From Oikopleura dioica (taxonomy: Eukaryota > Animalia > Chordata), in NCBI GenBank assembly GCA_907165135.1, contig OU015568.1:2232001-2296000 (forward strand): a DNA stretch of 64,000 bases, in the 5' to 3' direction. Below, piece by piece: positions 38,266 to 50,415 of this stretch. A model generated the notes under the pieces. It was not told the origin of the DNA and made no database searches. It saw only the letters and a list, made by a program, of their open reading frames with translations. The stretch's first letter is position 1, and each line of letters opens with the position of its first letter. The position numbers and the translations under genes were made by a program.

Positions 38266-38553
38266 AATTTCATCAGTAAAAGCAAAAATTCATAACTACA
38301 GCGTAAATAAAGTAAAAATAATAAAGAATTATTGAAGAAAAAAGATTAAATTTGAAATATCCTCGCAAACAGGTTGAAAGGGGAGGCTTTGAGAGCAATT
38401 GCCAATTGAGAACTGACAATGACATTAAAAAACATCCGAAAAAACATAAACCTGTCGCGTTGTTGTGATGAGAAGAAGCAGTAAAAGCTTTTCTTGAGGA
38501 ACCGGCATTATTTTCTTGGATTTTCAGAAAAAAAAACTAGAAGAGATCTGTTG

Positions 38554-40838
38554 ATGGTAATAGAGGAGGTATTCGAAGAAAGAAGTGTGGATGAGATTGG
38601 TCAAACTAAAGTTCAGGTATTTTTTGTAAAATCCGTCTTTTAATCAGTTTTTATAAGTGTTTGGATTGTCACTGTAAGGGTATTCTGAAGCAAAAGGACG
38701 ACAAAGTTTACTTGTTTCCTGATGGAGGTTTGTCACCACCGATAGATACACGGAAAAAAGATGAAGATAAGGGAACATATTGTTCAAAAAAGTGGTGGAG
38801 GAATAAATGTTCTATAAAAAAGCATGGAAACTCAACAGAAGATCAGAAGTATGCAATGCTCTTTTTTGGTCTTCTTTTCTGGTTGCCAATTATGTTCATT
38901 GGTGGGCTATTGAAAATAAATCATTTTTAAAAAGCTTCAGCTAATCATTATTCTCTTGAAAACTTCAAAACAAGTACAACCTTGTCGCCTTGCCATCGAT
39001 ACTACAAGAAATGCGTTCAAACTGGAAAGATGAATCTCTGCGGTCATTCATTGAAGCAATGCTTTCAAAATGCCACCAGAGGGTTTATTTTTCCAGAACC
39101 GGTTACGGTAATAGAACAGCGTGGCCCTGCACCCCTTGTATTTACCGAAGAAGAAAATCAAGTGAATCTCATTCGATGCAAAAAGGAAAAATTCTACAAG
39201 GCAAAGGAATGCCGTTTCCTTTGTTCCACTGCACTTGTATTGGAATCAACGAGGACAAATCCGATTTCCCCGTGCGAGTCCATTTGCTTCCAGTTGACTA
39301 AGTCTTCATTATCTTCTGGAGAAATTTGCCCAAAAGAAAAGTACTGTGAAACTGGGTGCCCTTGTCCTTTTTACAAATGTGAAAAAATACCCGAATCCTC
39401 TCAAAAATTGATTCCTGCCTTTGACCTTCAAAAGTCAGAGGCCATTTATCCTAACAGTCAGGCATTGTGGAATCTTGGTTTGATAACTGAAAGGTGGGAT
39501 GATCGGCGCCACATTGAGAGGCTGAAATTTCCTATTGTTCTTTCTGATTTAACGGGTAATCAAGATCAACTTAATATGACCGGTACTGACTCTCTTTTTC
39601 CTTATGAATGTTTTCAATTGAAAATTGTACTCTGCATTTTGAAATATACTTTTGAAAACGGAAAAGGCAATGGGCTCAACTTTTCTCAACGGCAAGCACT
39701 ATTTGGTCGATGCGTTTGGAAATCTGATGAGACTTCAAGAATCTGGGGAGTCTTCTATGTTCATCGCTAATAGCTACAGATGGCTGTAAATTTATTTGTT
39801 ATGATTCCTTTAATATTTTTTTTTATTTATAGAGGATTCTTTGTTTTTCACTTTGGCTCTTCGATGGGAACCCATCAAATTGAAGTTCCACTGCGTCAAG
39901 ATCGGAGAAAAAGTTTTCCTGTTGTTGTTATTTGAAAAAGGTCAAAAAAAATCTTTGTTCTGATGCCTTACCTAACTCTTGAGTCAAGAGCCTTGACCAT
40001 ATACAGCTCCCCAACTGCAAGATCCGATAAGTGCTTCTACTATGCTCCTGATTACAATCTGAATCGCTTCGAAGAAGCACAAGGCTTCATTCCTGGCAAT
40101 CATTACAATGCAAAAACATCTTCTTACAGTTACAAAGGAAAATTTAATCTCATGAGTATAAGACTTGGCGATCATTGGATCAAACTTTCAAAAACTAAAG
40201 ACTATGGGCTCGCCATTCTGAGTCCGACTTAGACTTAGCTAAAAATCTTGATTATTGATTTCGGTATGATTCATACCGTATGAAGAGGGTCACAGGTGGT
40301 GAGCCCTTTGTTGCTCTAAACAAAATAAAAAGAAGTGAAGAATCAGAAAAAGGGTGGCGAAAAGATGAGATTCATTTACCGTGGGTACTGAGAGATTTAG
40401 ACCCTGTGCATGTTCTTCCACTGATACGGGTTCAAGAAAATTGATAAGACAGTAAACCCCTGTTTCTTTTTAAGTGTTAACCCGGAAAAGATAGATGTCG
40501 GGCGATTATTGCTAATTCTGGTCTCCAGAAGCGTTGCTCTCTCTAATACGATGTACTCTGTGCTATTAGAAGGACCGGGAAAGGGAAACAGAAAGCTTCT
40601 GCTTCTCGGAAGTGAGTGGATCGGGTCTCTTGTAAAATATCAAGAAAAATCCATCTGTTATTCGAAATTATTTGCGTCTGACGATGCTTATTATACCGAT
40701 CAAAGTGGAATCAACAATGATGAGTGCGAGTACTTCATCAATGGAATGATGAACAACGAAAAGATTTTCATTCAAAATTTTGTCTTCGATAGTATCTTTG
40801 AAATCGAGTATGATTTCGGAAGGGATTTTAAAAAATAG
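38554..40838 (+). pseudogene. Type II membrane protein with Cys-rich region and very divergent Kelch-like repeats; apparent premature stop
   Basis: TM AMLFFGLLFWLPIMFI; ICPKEKYCETGCPCPFYKC; spliced frame hits TGA at 39933-39935 (VVI*); exon model partly uncertain. Confidence 0.45.
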
Positions 40839-40893
40839 CAGCGTTGAATGTCAAAAAGAAGGCAAAAGTATCCTCAAAAAAGAAAAACTCGAA

Positions 40894-42760
40894 ATGAATT
40901 TTATTCAACAAAAATCAACAAAGAGAATGCATGTCACAAGTAACCCGTTTTTCGCATTTCACGATGATGTTTTCCCGGCTTTCTCTAAAAATGCACTCGC
41001 TCAGCCTCGATTCCCTCGTCCTAGTGGCCCTTCCTCGAAAACAATCATTCCGGACTCTTTCTTCTCCACCCTCGATTTCAAACCACACATTTCAACCCTT
41101 GAATTGAATTTGAAAGAAACAGAGATATTTCATTTTGTAATTGAAATTCCGGTAAAAATATTAATTTGATAAATTTAAATCAATCAATTAGGAAAATACC
41201 AGAAGAATGAAGATTTTTGAATTCAAGTTTTTCGACGAATCGATTCTTTTGAGCTTTGGAGTCTTTGAAAATTCCTCTTTTTGGGTTGATTCATATTTCT
41301 TAGAAGAACGAGTTATTTTGCAGTCGGATGCCTCATCATTTGAATTCAGGATTCACTCGACTGACGCTTCGGAATCATCAATCTTTGAAATTTTAGAGGA
41401 ACAGTTTCATTATAAAAGTTTTATATATAATATAATACTCAGGTCGTACCCTTCTTGCCCTCTTAACATTTGAAACTCAATAAAGAACTCCTCAGTTAAA
41501 ATGACGAATGTAACACTGACCGGATTGAAAAAGATTGAAGACAAGAAAATACGAGTTTTCAAAAAAGGCAGCGCAAGAATGCGGAACTTCTTCTACTCTA
41601 GCATTCAGAAAACTCAGATCGCTGTTATATTACCACATCGTTTTGAAGACTACCAACCTTTTGCAGCCCTCGATGATGGATTTATCAGCAAATCTTTGTC
41701 TTTAAATCCTCCTCCCTCTTATTCGATGTCTGAATACATTTATTTCTCGAAATGCGGAATCGTCAATAATCAACCTCATCTCTTTGGCGGATTCAGAGAT
41801 AAACAAAGAGTACCTTGATTATTTGCATGAAAATTAATAACTTTTATTGTAAGATTTCCCGCTTAGAAGGATGTTCATTTAGTGAATTGTCAATAAAGCT
41901 GATAAACGATTATTCTTATGGACATGGAATTTTAACTCTTGAAGGAGGAAGCGAAGGTATGAAAGAGAACATCTGATAGTATCCGATTTTTAGCAATAAT
42001 TTGTTTTGACTACGACAAAGAAGATGCTTGCGAGATATTCGATGGAGAGCGGGTAAAGAGCACTTTTCGCTCATCTAAAAGGCATTGGGACGGAGGTTTT
42101 GCCTTCTATAAGGGCTTTCCCACTGCTGTTAGTGGATACGGTGCTGGAGGAGCAGTTGAGACAATGAAAACAAGGGGTTGGTCTAATCTTCCATCCCACC
42201 CAAGGTTGATAGCTTTATTTTATTATATTAAGAGTGATTTGCATTTCAGAAAGTTTTGTTCTACTTCTGCGATCGGACTACCTTCAGGTGATCTGCTGAC
42301 TATTGGAGGATATGAGATGAATCAAGATAGAAAAATGAACGAAATTTATGTTCTTCGGAGAAACAGATGGCGAGAAATTGGTTCTCTTTCCAAGGTTAAT
42401 ACTCTTTGAATGATATAAATGAGTTTTTGTTTCAGGCGGTTATCTTTCCTTCTGCGATTATGATTGAAAACAAAATAATGATCTTTCCTGGTTCTTTCGA
42501 TGAACCTCAGTCTCCTATCCAACGAATAAATTTAGGTCAGAGTTTTCACATTCTCCAAGACATTTTTCCATTTTTCTAAGACAAAATATTTCACAGAAAA
42601 ATTGTGGTTTCGATATTAAAAAATTATATTCTAAAGTCGAACTCTTGAATAAGATTCGGATGAAAATATCATTTCTACTCAAATTATTGCGGATCAAGGC
42701 GTTTTAGACATCGCTTCTCCGATTGTTTTCCTTACTCCTATGGATTACTGTACATCTTAG
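40894..42760 (+). CDS. Kelch-like beta-propeller protein, paralog of 17300-18689; possibly pseudogenised
   Basis: PHLFGG..ISRLEGC, AIICF..CEIFDG, FYKGFPTAV..VETMKTRGWSNLP, LLTIGG..W; ends PIVFLTPMDYCTS; in-frame TGA at 41471-41473; start uncertain. Confidence 0.65.
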
Positions 42761-43144
42761 TGCAATAAAATCATTCTTAGAGCTCCTTTTTCGTTTTCTT
42801 CAAATTTCTTCAAGCAACAAAAGTCCTCCAGCAGCGCGCCACCGAGTTTTCCCACACTCAATGAGGAACCATTATTCAAAGTCTTTTGTTCGTTTTTTCA
42901 AAAAGAGAAATAATCACTACGTTTGCACATTTATGAGAAAATTGATTCGGAAAAGAACTGTGAAAGTTCAAATTTGAGTTACTGTTATTACTTTTTATTT
43001 ACTCAATGATTATGCAATTTATGTTTAGTTTGATCGTCCGATGCGTCGTCTCTGCATTTTCGGATAGTTCAAATTCCTGGTGAAAAGAAAGAAAAAGTAA
43101 AAAAATCCAAGAGAGAGGTTATTAATGAAGACTTCAAGAAGAAC

Positions 43145-45540
43145 ATGAAGATTCTAGAGATTTTTTACTTGCTCATTTGCCCGACAGAAGGAAATATTCT
43201 CGAAGGAATCAATGAAAACATTATTCGCCCTGTTCAAAAGGTAATTTTCATTGATTCTAAAGTTTAAACCACCTGATTTTCAGGCTATTTTCGGCGAAAT
43301 AAGCGACTCAAACTCGACAATCTTCATCGAAAACGGCTCCATCCGAAACTCCAATCGACAAATCGGCTCCTATTCCAATAGAAACAACCTCAAAATCGAC
43401 ACTTATGAAAACCTGGAAATAGTAGTCGTGAGAGACAACATCGGCTTCATCGAAATCACGAACAATCTTCCAAAAATCGAAGTTGACGAAGATTATACAG
43501 TCGATGAAGCGTTGTTTTACAATATAACGGATGTTGATGAAGACATATTGTTAGGAACAGGGCTTAAAATTGCCGAAGATATTAAAAAAAAAATTCTATT
43601 TTTTGAAGAAAATAAATTCGATGAAAACTTGTTGAAAATCACGATTTTTTGGACAAAAATGAGCCCTCGATCAAGAAATTCTTCAGAAAATCGAGCATGT
43701 CCAAATCAAGCGCTCCAATCTCTCCGGGTTTTCCGATTCCTTCATCAACAAACTCCTGAAATTCTCAATTTTCAACTTGAAAATCCGAAACTCCTGGTGG
43801 TCATGTGACTGCACCAAGAAGCGCCTTTTGTCGCTCAGAGACGTCTTGACAGGCCTCGATGTAAAATGTCTCGTTCCAAACAATCTCGAGGACGAGTCTT
43901 TTTACGATTTGGAGGAAGATGATCTCAAGTGCAAAGGAACGAACACGCCGAGGCCGATCAATCGCGATGTGAGCTCGATAGAATACGAAAGGGCGGAGTT
44001 GAGATGCGCAGCGAGTGGCTATCCCCTGCCGAAAATCTACTGGAAAACTCCGGGAGGAAAAATGATTGATCAAGAGTTTCTCATAAACGCTTCGAAAAAC
44101 GAATCTTTGAAGGAATACACAGAAGTCTTCGAAGTAAAAGAACAAGTGACGGACAGAATCATTCCTAATCACAGTCATTTGCTATCAACACTAAGTAAGG
44201 ATTCTTTTCTGGCCAATCAATATCTTGAAAAACGACTCCAGACCAATCATTATCGCAAAAATAACAACTCATTTCAGTTGTCCGAGATGTGAATAAAAGA
44301 ACAGCTGGAGAATATCGCTGTCAAGTTGGAAATATCATCGACCTTCTCGACAATGAGGACGAGAATATCAATTCTAGCGTTCCATTTTCCTTCAAAGATC
44401 TAAATAAGGCGAAGTCGACTAAAGTGCGTCTATCGTATTTGCCGAATGAGAAGGCGAATGTGGCGTTTTTCACATTAGTTTTGACTTGCTTTATTGCTGC
44501 CTTTGTCATCAACTTGGTAAGGCGCTCTTCTAAACCACTTTTCAATTATTCTGAAGGTGAATATTTGCCGATATCATTGCGACTGGAAGAAGAGAATCAA
44601 GAACCTGCGCCAAGATCCAAATCGCTACGAGATTCCCGAATCGATCAGGACCTCTATGGCCTCTGTTTACTACGAGAAATATGATTTCACTTGCCAACAG
44701 GTATTTTTCCCTCAAATGAATCAAAGTAGACGACGTTTAATTCAGGCTTTTTTGGATGCGCTCCTCAAATCAAGTCATTCCATCAAGAAAACTTTTGAAA
44801 ACACGACGCAGGGATTCGAGATAAATGTGTCTTACAGGAATGTGTTTCAAATTGACTACAGTCAGAACTTTTTACAGCTTTTTAAAAGATCGAGAAGCAT
44901 TTTCATCTCATTTATGAAACGCTTCAGGGAATTCAGTGACAAGCTTCGAGAAAACTTCGGCGGTAATATCGAGTGGCGCCCTAGTATTCCTTCTGTCCGG
45001 CTCCCTGTAAGTCTTCGCCCATGTTCATTCTCATCATTATTCTTCTCTTCAGAATTTGCCAAACTTTTACGGCTCGCTCTCCAGTCTCCGAGAGCGCATC
45101 CCCAATTTGCCGAAAGGTCTTCGTCCGTCGATGAACTTGTCGAATCTTCGCTGGGAAACCGGCGATTGGAATATGAAAGTGCGGATATCTAAATTTTCCC
45201 GAAAATGGTTCTACGGCTCAAGCGAGAATCCATCGAACATCGACGAGTTTCAAATCCGAAATGAGAATGGGCGAATGGTCATCACGCCTATTCCCGAAAA
45301 GGTGCCTTTTCGCTGTTGCTTTTTGTTTACAAAATCCCCTAGAAATCGACTGAAAACCGGCTAAACAGGGAAAACTCGCTTTCAATCGACGATTCCGCTT
45401 TCGAAGCATCATCTTCTCTCACCCATGGGTCCTCTTCTCCTGCTGGCATGGACGAAGTAGACGCAGATTATTTACTCACATTTATCGCCACTCCAAAAGA
45501 GAAATCTGTAGGAGACCATCTTTACGAATCAAATGTCTAA
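43145..45540 (+). CDS. Type I membrane protein with LRR C-terminal cap and Ig domain
   Basis: Signal-like MKILEIFYLLICPTEG; LRRCT NSWWSCDC..VKC..DLKC; Ig LRCAASGYPLPKIYW..GEYRC; TM VAFFTLVLTCFIAAFVINL; long cytoplasmic tail. Confidence 0.75.
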
Positions 45541-46039
45541 ACTATTCTTCAACTCTCGCTCCCATTTTCCCATCTTTCCTCCTCTTGCCTACCTTAAAAC
45601 TTTAACACTCACTAAACTTAAAACTATTCAACTTTTTGTCTCTTCATTCAAAATCCAACTGTACACTACCTATTCATAAAACATCTCTTCACAAATTTTT
45701 TCTTCAGAGAATGAGAGAGAATGGTAAAATGATGCCAAAAATGCCGAAATTGTCGGTAAAAATTGAGACTCAAAGGACATGAAAATTGTCCTTGACGAGT
45801 ATGTTGCTGAAATTCAGTGAAGAATATGACGGAATGGAAAGTATACAGAATTGGAGCGCGAAAAATAGGGAGTGCCCTATTTTTGGGCACGCCTTTGACT
45901 ATCTGTAGAAATTAAAACTGTCATCACTGCGTTACTGGCGAACTGCAAATAACCAAGAGTCTTGTGAAATTGAGGAAAAACACCGACTTTTTCACTTTTT
46001 TTTCTACATTTTTTTATTTTGACGATATCAGACTGTAAG

Positions 46040-47671
46040 ATGGACGTTTTGGCCGAAACGCTGGGCGTTCCGGAATCGGGCTTGCGTCTCGTCGGGTCTG
46101 TCCTGGCGAGCTATCCGCTTGCTCTCGCCCATCGCTGGTGCTTCTGGGGAAGTTCTCCGACAACTCAGAACATTTTCTTCGCTTCAACTGGCATGGGCTT
46201 GACTTACTGGTGCTACGGAAAGGATATCATCCATTCCTTCATTTGTACCCTTACTCAGTGGGCTTTTCTGAAGGTAAAATTCAACGCAACGATCCCTTAT
46301 TTGACCTTCAATCAATCTAGTTTCTCGGCGATAGCAAGCATTGCCTCCCACTGAGTTTCGCTTTCCAATTTGGCTACCTCCTCTTGGGTTACTCCGCCAC
46401 AGAATCTGAAGATTATGACATTTGCTGGACCATGACCGGCTGCATCATGTGTTTGCGTCTGATCGGGCTGGCATACGATCGGTATGACGGAAACAAAACC
46501 GACGAGGAAATCCGGAAGGATCAGAAGGAACGAGCTCTCAAAGATTCTCCAAGTCTTTTGGAGGTTTTTGGGTTTTCGTACTCCTTCATGGGCTTGTCTG
46601 TTGGCCCTCAGTATCCGATGAGTCTGTATAGACAACTTATCGATGGAGAACTGACGGAAGAAAAGGGACAACGGCCAAAGTGCATTCAGAAAGCCATGGC
46701 GGTGGCGCTGACTGGGGTCGGTTTGATGGGACTCAATGAAGTTCTCAAGGTAGAAAAAAGATGTTAAAAATAAAGTTTTCATGCTGTTTAGATGTACTTT
46801 CCAATGTCTTACTTGGACTCACAAGCTTTTCTAACCGAATGGCCGTATTGGAAGAAAATGGGGTATATCTCTCTCGCTGGAATGGCCCACATGCACAAGG
46901 TATTAACCAAGGAAATTTCAGTAAAACACAGATTTTAGTATATATCAATTTGGACCTTGGGCAATGGTGGTTTAATCCTGACTGGAATGGGCTATTCCAA
47001 GAAAGAAGATGGCCGAACAAACTGGAACTCGCTTGCAAACATCAAACTCGGCCAGTACATCAAGGCGATGTCATATACTGACATGGTCAAGGCTTTCAAC
47101 GCGAATACCAACGACGTAAGTCTTCCTTGTCTTCAATTTCGAAAAGTTTCGTCCCTTATTTTAGTGGGTTGCCCGTTATATTTACAAACGATGCATCTGG
47201 ATAGGCAACAAAAACATCTCCCAAGCAGCTGTTCTTGGCTTTTTGGCCATTTGGCACGGCTACCATCTTTGCTATTTCATAATGTTTGCTCTAGAATTCT
47301 TCGTAAGTTATTGTCCCTGAGTTGAAATGCTTATCTCATTTGTATTCAGGTCGTCAACGGCGAAAGAGAGATCTTCAAGTTCACAGGCAACTCCAAAGCA
47401 ATTCAATCTTTACCTCAATCAATCCGCAACGCTTTCAGCTATCTTTACTTATCTGCCACTTGGGGCTTCTGTATCATTGAATTCAGGTACCTTCCGATCT
47501 CTCACCGTACCCTCTAACAATACTGTTTCTAGCTTACTTGTGAAACATAAGTACATGCCAGTCTGGAGCTCAATCTACTACAGTCACTTTATCTTCTGGC
47601 TGGTGACATACTTCGGCCTTGGAACTTACAATAGACTTTCTGCGCCACGAAGGCGGCCTAAAACCGAATAA
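46040..47671 (+). CDS. LPCAT3: Lysophospholipid acyltransferase (MBOAT5)
   Basis: LAETLGVPESGLRL, YDICWTMTGCIMCLRLIGLAYD, VGPQY, FNANTNDW..YIYKR, FLAIWHG (catalytic His). Confidence 0.92.
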
Positions 47672-47928
47672 TTCTGATATTTCTTCCAGTAGACGTTTTA
47701 AAAAAGTGGCATGTTTCGAATCTGAAATCAAGCCTTGTTAATTGTTCCCATCCACGGCAAAATTGCAACGAAAAAATGTTCATGACCATTTTTTGAGAAG
47801 CTGAAGTTGCATCAAAAATCACATCTTCACAATCTGTTTTTCCTATACATACAACTTTCTATTTATTTATTACATATGATTCTTATGGCTGCTCTTTCTA
47901 TGAGTAAGGCATGATTCTGTCGCTGTAG

Positions 47929-47980
47929 AATAAAACAAACAGCTGTTCTATTCGTTGTTGTTTCGTATTTTTGCTAAAAG
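47929..47980 (+). promoter_or_regulatory. Intercistronic element: polyA signal followed by a T-rich unpaired splice acceptor (putative SL trans-splice site)
   Basis: AATAAA at 47929-47934, T-rich tract, AG at 47979-47980, ATG at 47982; same layout at 50341-50401 and 61053-61116. Confidence 0.6.
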
Positions 47981-47981
47981 A

Positions 47982-50262
47982 ATGAATCGGAGCCAGCTGA
48001 GGGATGCATTAGCGATAAATGATCTAAAAAGAAATATCTTCGATGTTGAAGGTAATTATCTTCATCCTTCATTCAAGCTAAAAAACGCTAAATCTAGGTG
48101 TTATTCAAAAGCTTCCGAATTCATATCCAGGACCAAGCTGGAAGTTTCCGCAGCGTCAGGCGAAAGATATCGATGTCGAGGAGCAATCAGCTCGTTTCTC
48201 GGCAGGTGAAGATGTCATGAACAATTTTCATGCGCAGTTGAGTTTGTTGGAGTTGCTCGTCGATAGGATTCATTTTTTGATCCTCTCTTGCGCGGATGTT
48301 CAGGTTTGTTTCGATGAGCAAAAACTGCTCACTCATGCGTTTTTCAGTCTGTTTCTTTCACCTCCATTGGTGGCGCGGGAGAATCCCTCCTAAACTCCAT
48401 TGTCAAGCTCCGTCAAGGTGACCTTTCCGGCTTCACTGGAGGGCATACCCCCTGTGGAAGCTCAAAGGTCTACTCGCCAAACTACGAAGAAGATGTTCGC
48501 CGAGAAATGTTTCCCTTGATTCAATCACTTGTCGTATCGGTCAACACTCTTTGCAACAACTACGTTTTGCCTTGCGAAAGTAACAAGATCTGGCAACGAG
48601 AAAACAGAAAATTGGACAAGTGTACTTTTGTCAGAGTAACGACAGCGCTAAGAAATGATATGGGAAAGGGTCAAAAATATGCCTTTTAGAATATAAAATC
48701 ATTATCTTTCCATTTAATTGACCCGGAAAAGAAAAGATTACAAAGCTCTTCAGCTCTTTTGACAAGAAGGTCGTTCGGTTGAAATCGCAAATCGACGAGA
48801 AACAAAACGAATCGAACAAGTTCAAATCACTCTGGGAGGCGTCTAAGGAGTCACTCAAGAAACAAAAGGACGCATCTGAAAATGAAATAAAATCGCTCCA
48901 GCGCGATATTCAACTGTTTCGCGAAGAAAAAGATGTCTTATCACGTGAGCATAGTCTTCATCTCTCGTCGGCGAATAAGAACTTGTCGAAGACGAAAGAA
49001 AAGCTTGAAAAGCTAGCACGAGAGAAGGAGGAGCTCTCCAGATCGAAGAGTCTCGAAGAAACGACGAGAAAGAACCTTGAAAAAGAGCATGAGACGCTCA
49101 AGCGAGCCAATTCAGATCTTGCTTCTCAAGTCAAACTCTTCAAAACCGAGAGCGTCAAAATGAAGAGAAAAATGGTCGAGCTTGTGGAAGCTGAACACAA
49201 GAGCCAGAAATCCGAAGCGGAAAACGATGAGCTTCGAAGAAATCTTGTCCAGAAAGATGATGCTATTTCGGTGCTTTCCAAAGAGGTTGAAAGGGCAAAA
49301 CAAGTGGAAAAGAAGCAGTTGTCGATGATTGAAATGTTCAAGGAGCAAGTTAAAAATGGTATTCTTGACGAGAACCTCATGATTTTTCATTTTCTCTAGC
49401 GACGAGCTGTGGAAGATGTTGCGAACACGAAGTTCAGTTAGAAAATCTTCAAACTAAGCTCGAAAACTTGACCGAAAAACTATCTCTTCGAGAAGAAAAA
49501 CTCGCGAATACAGAGCACGAATTACACAAAGTCAATCAAGAAAACAAGTCGTTTCAAGAAAAATGCAAGCTACTCGTTACATACCCCGATTTGGTCAAGG
49601 ACCAGATTCCTGTCCCCGACGAGGTAAATTCAGTAAAACAAAAAGTGGAACTTACTTTGTTTAGAATTTGAGCATCAACCAACAACTTTTATACCAAATC
49701 GAAGCCAATCAAATCCGCATGGAGCTGCTTGAAGAAGAAAACACAAAACTCCGGGCTGCTCTTGGCAAGCTCTCGCCCCAAGCCTCTCGTCCTTCTTCTG
49801 GAACATTATCTGCCTGGGGAGACGCTCCCATTCCTGTCCCTAGCCATGGCTGGAGTTGGAGAGATCAATTCCAAGACCTCGAAAACAACGATGACAATGA
49901 CGATGACTTACTGGACTCCCCTCTTCCAAGCGATCTGAGAAGCATGTCACAAATGAGCCTCGCTTCCCGCCAAAATTGGCTTCCAAATCGTCCTAATTCT
50001 GTGCGCTCAAATGTGTCCTCAGGACAGTTGGATAATCCTTCATGTTTTATGAGTTCCTGTAGGTGTGGAATTAGAACTAGACTTTTTTAAGCCTTCTTTA
50101 TTTCTTTCATTTTGTAAGTTTATCCGGGTGATAGTCAGAAAACCGCTCAACAAGCGGGTCGCCTCGCCAATGTATCATTCGACATCTCATGCGCCTAACA
50201 ACTCGGTGCAATGCGTCCAGTGGAACGCAGGGAGAAGAAAAAACTATGGCCATCCTTCCTAA
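47982..50262 (+). CDS. CCDC157: Coiled-coil domain-containing protein 157-like
   Basis: PSWKFP..LLELLVDR, long coiled coil, LLVTYPDL, ANQIRMELLEEENTKLR; last exon uncertain. Confidence 0.75.
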
Positions 50263-50415
50263 AAAGTTTCTTTTTTTTAAATTTTCAGTTCACCTTTTAT
50301 GCACCTCTTGACAGATATTTTTGAACACTATTTTTATACAAATAAAGTATTTCTTTTCTACAATCTCTTCCTTACTATTTCCTTGAAGAATTCTTCTTTA
50401 GAAATTGTATTTGGG

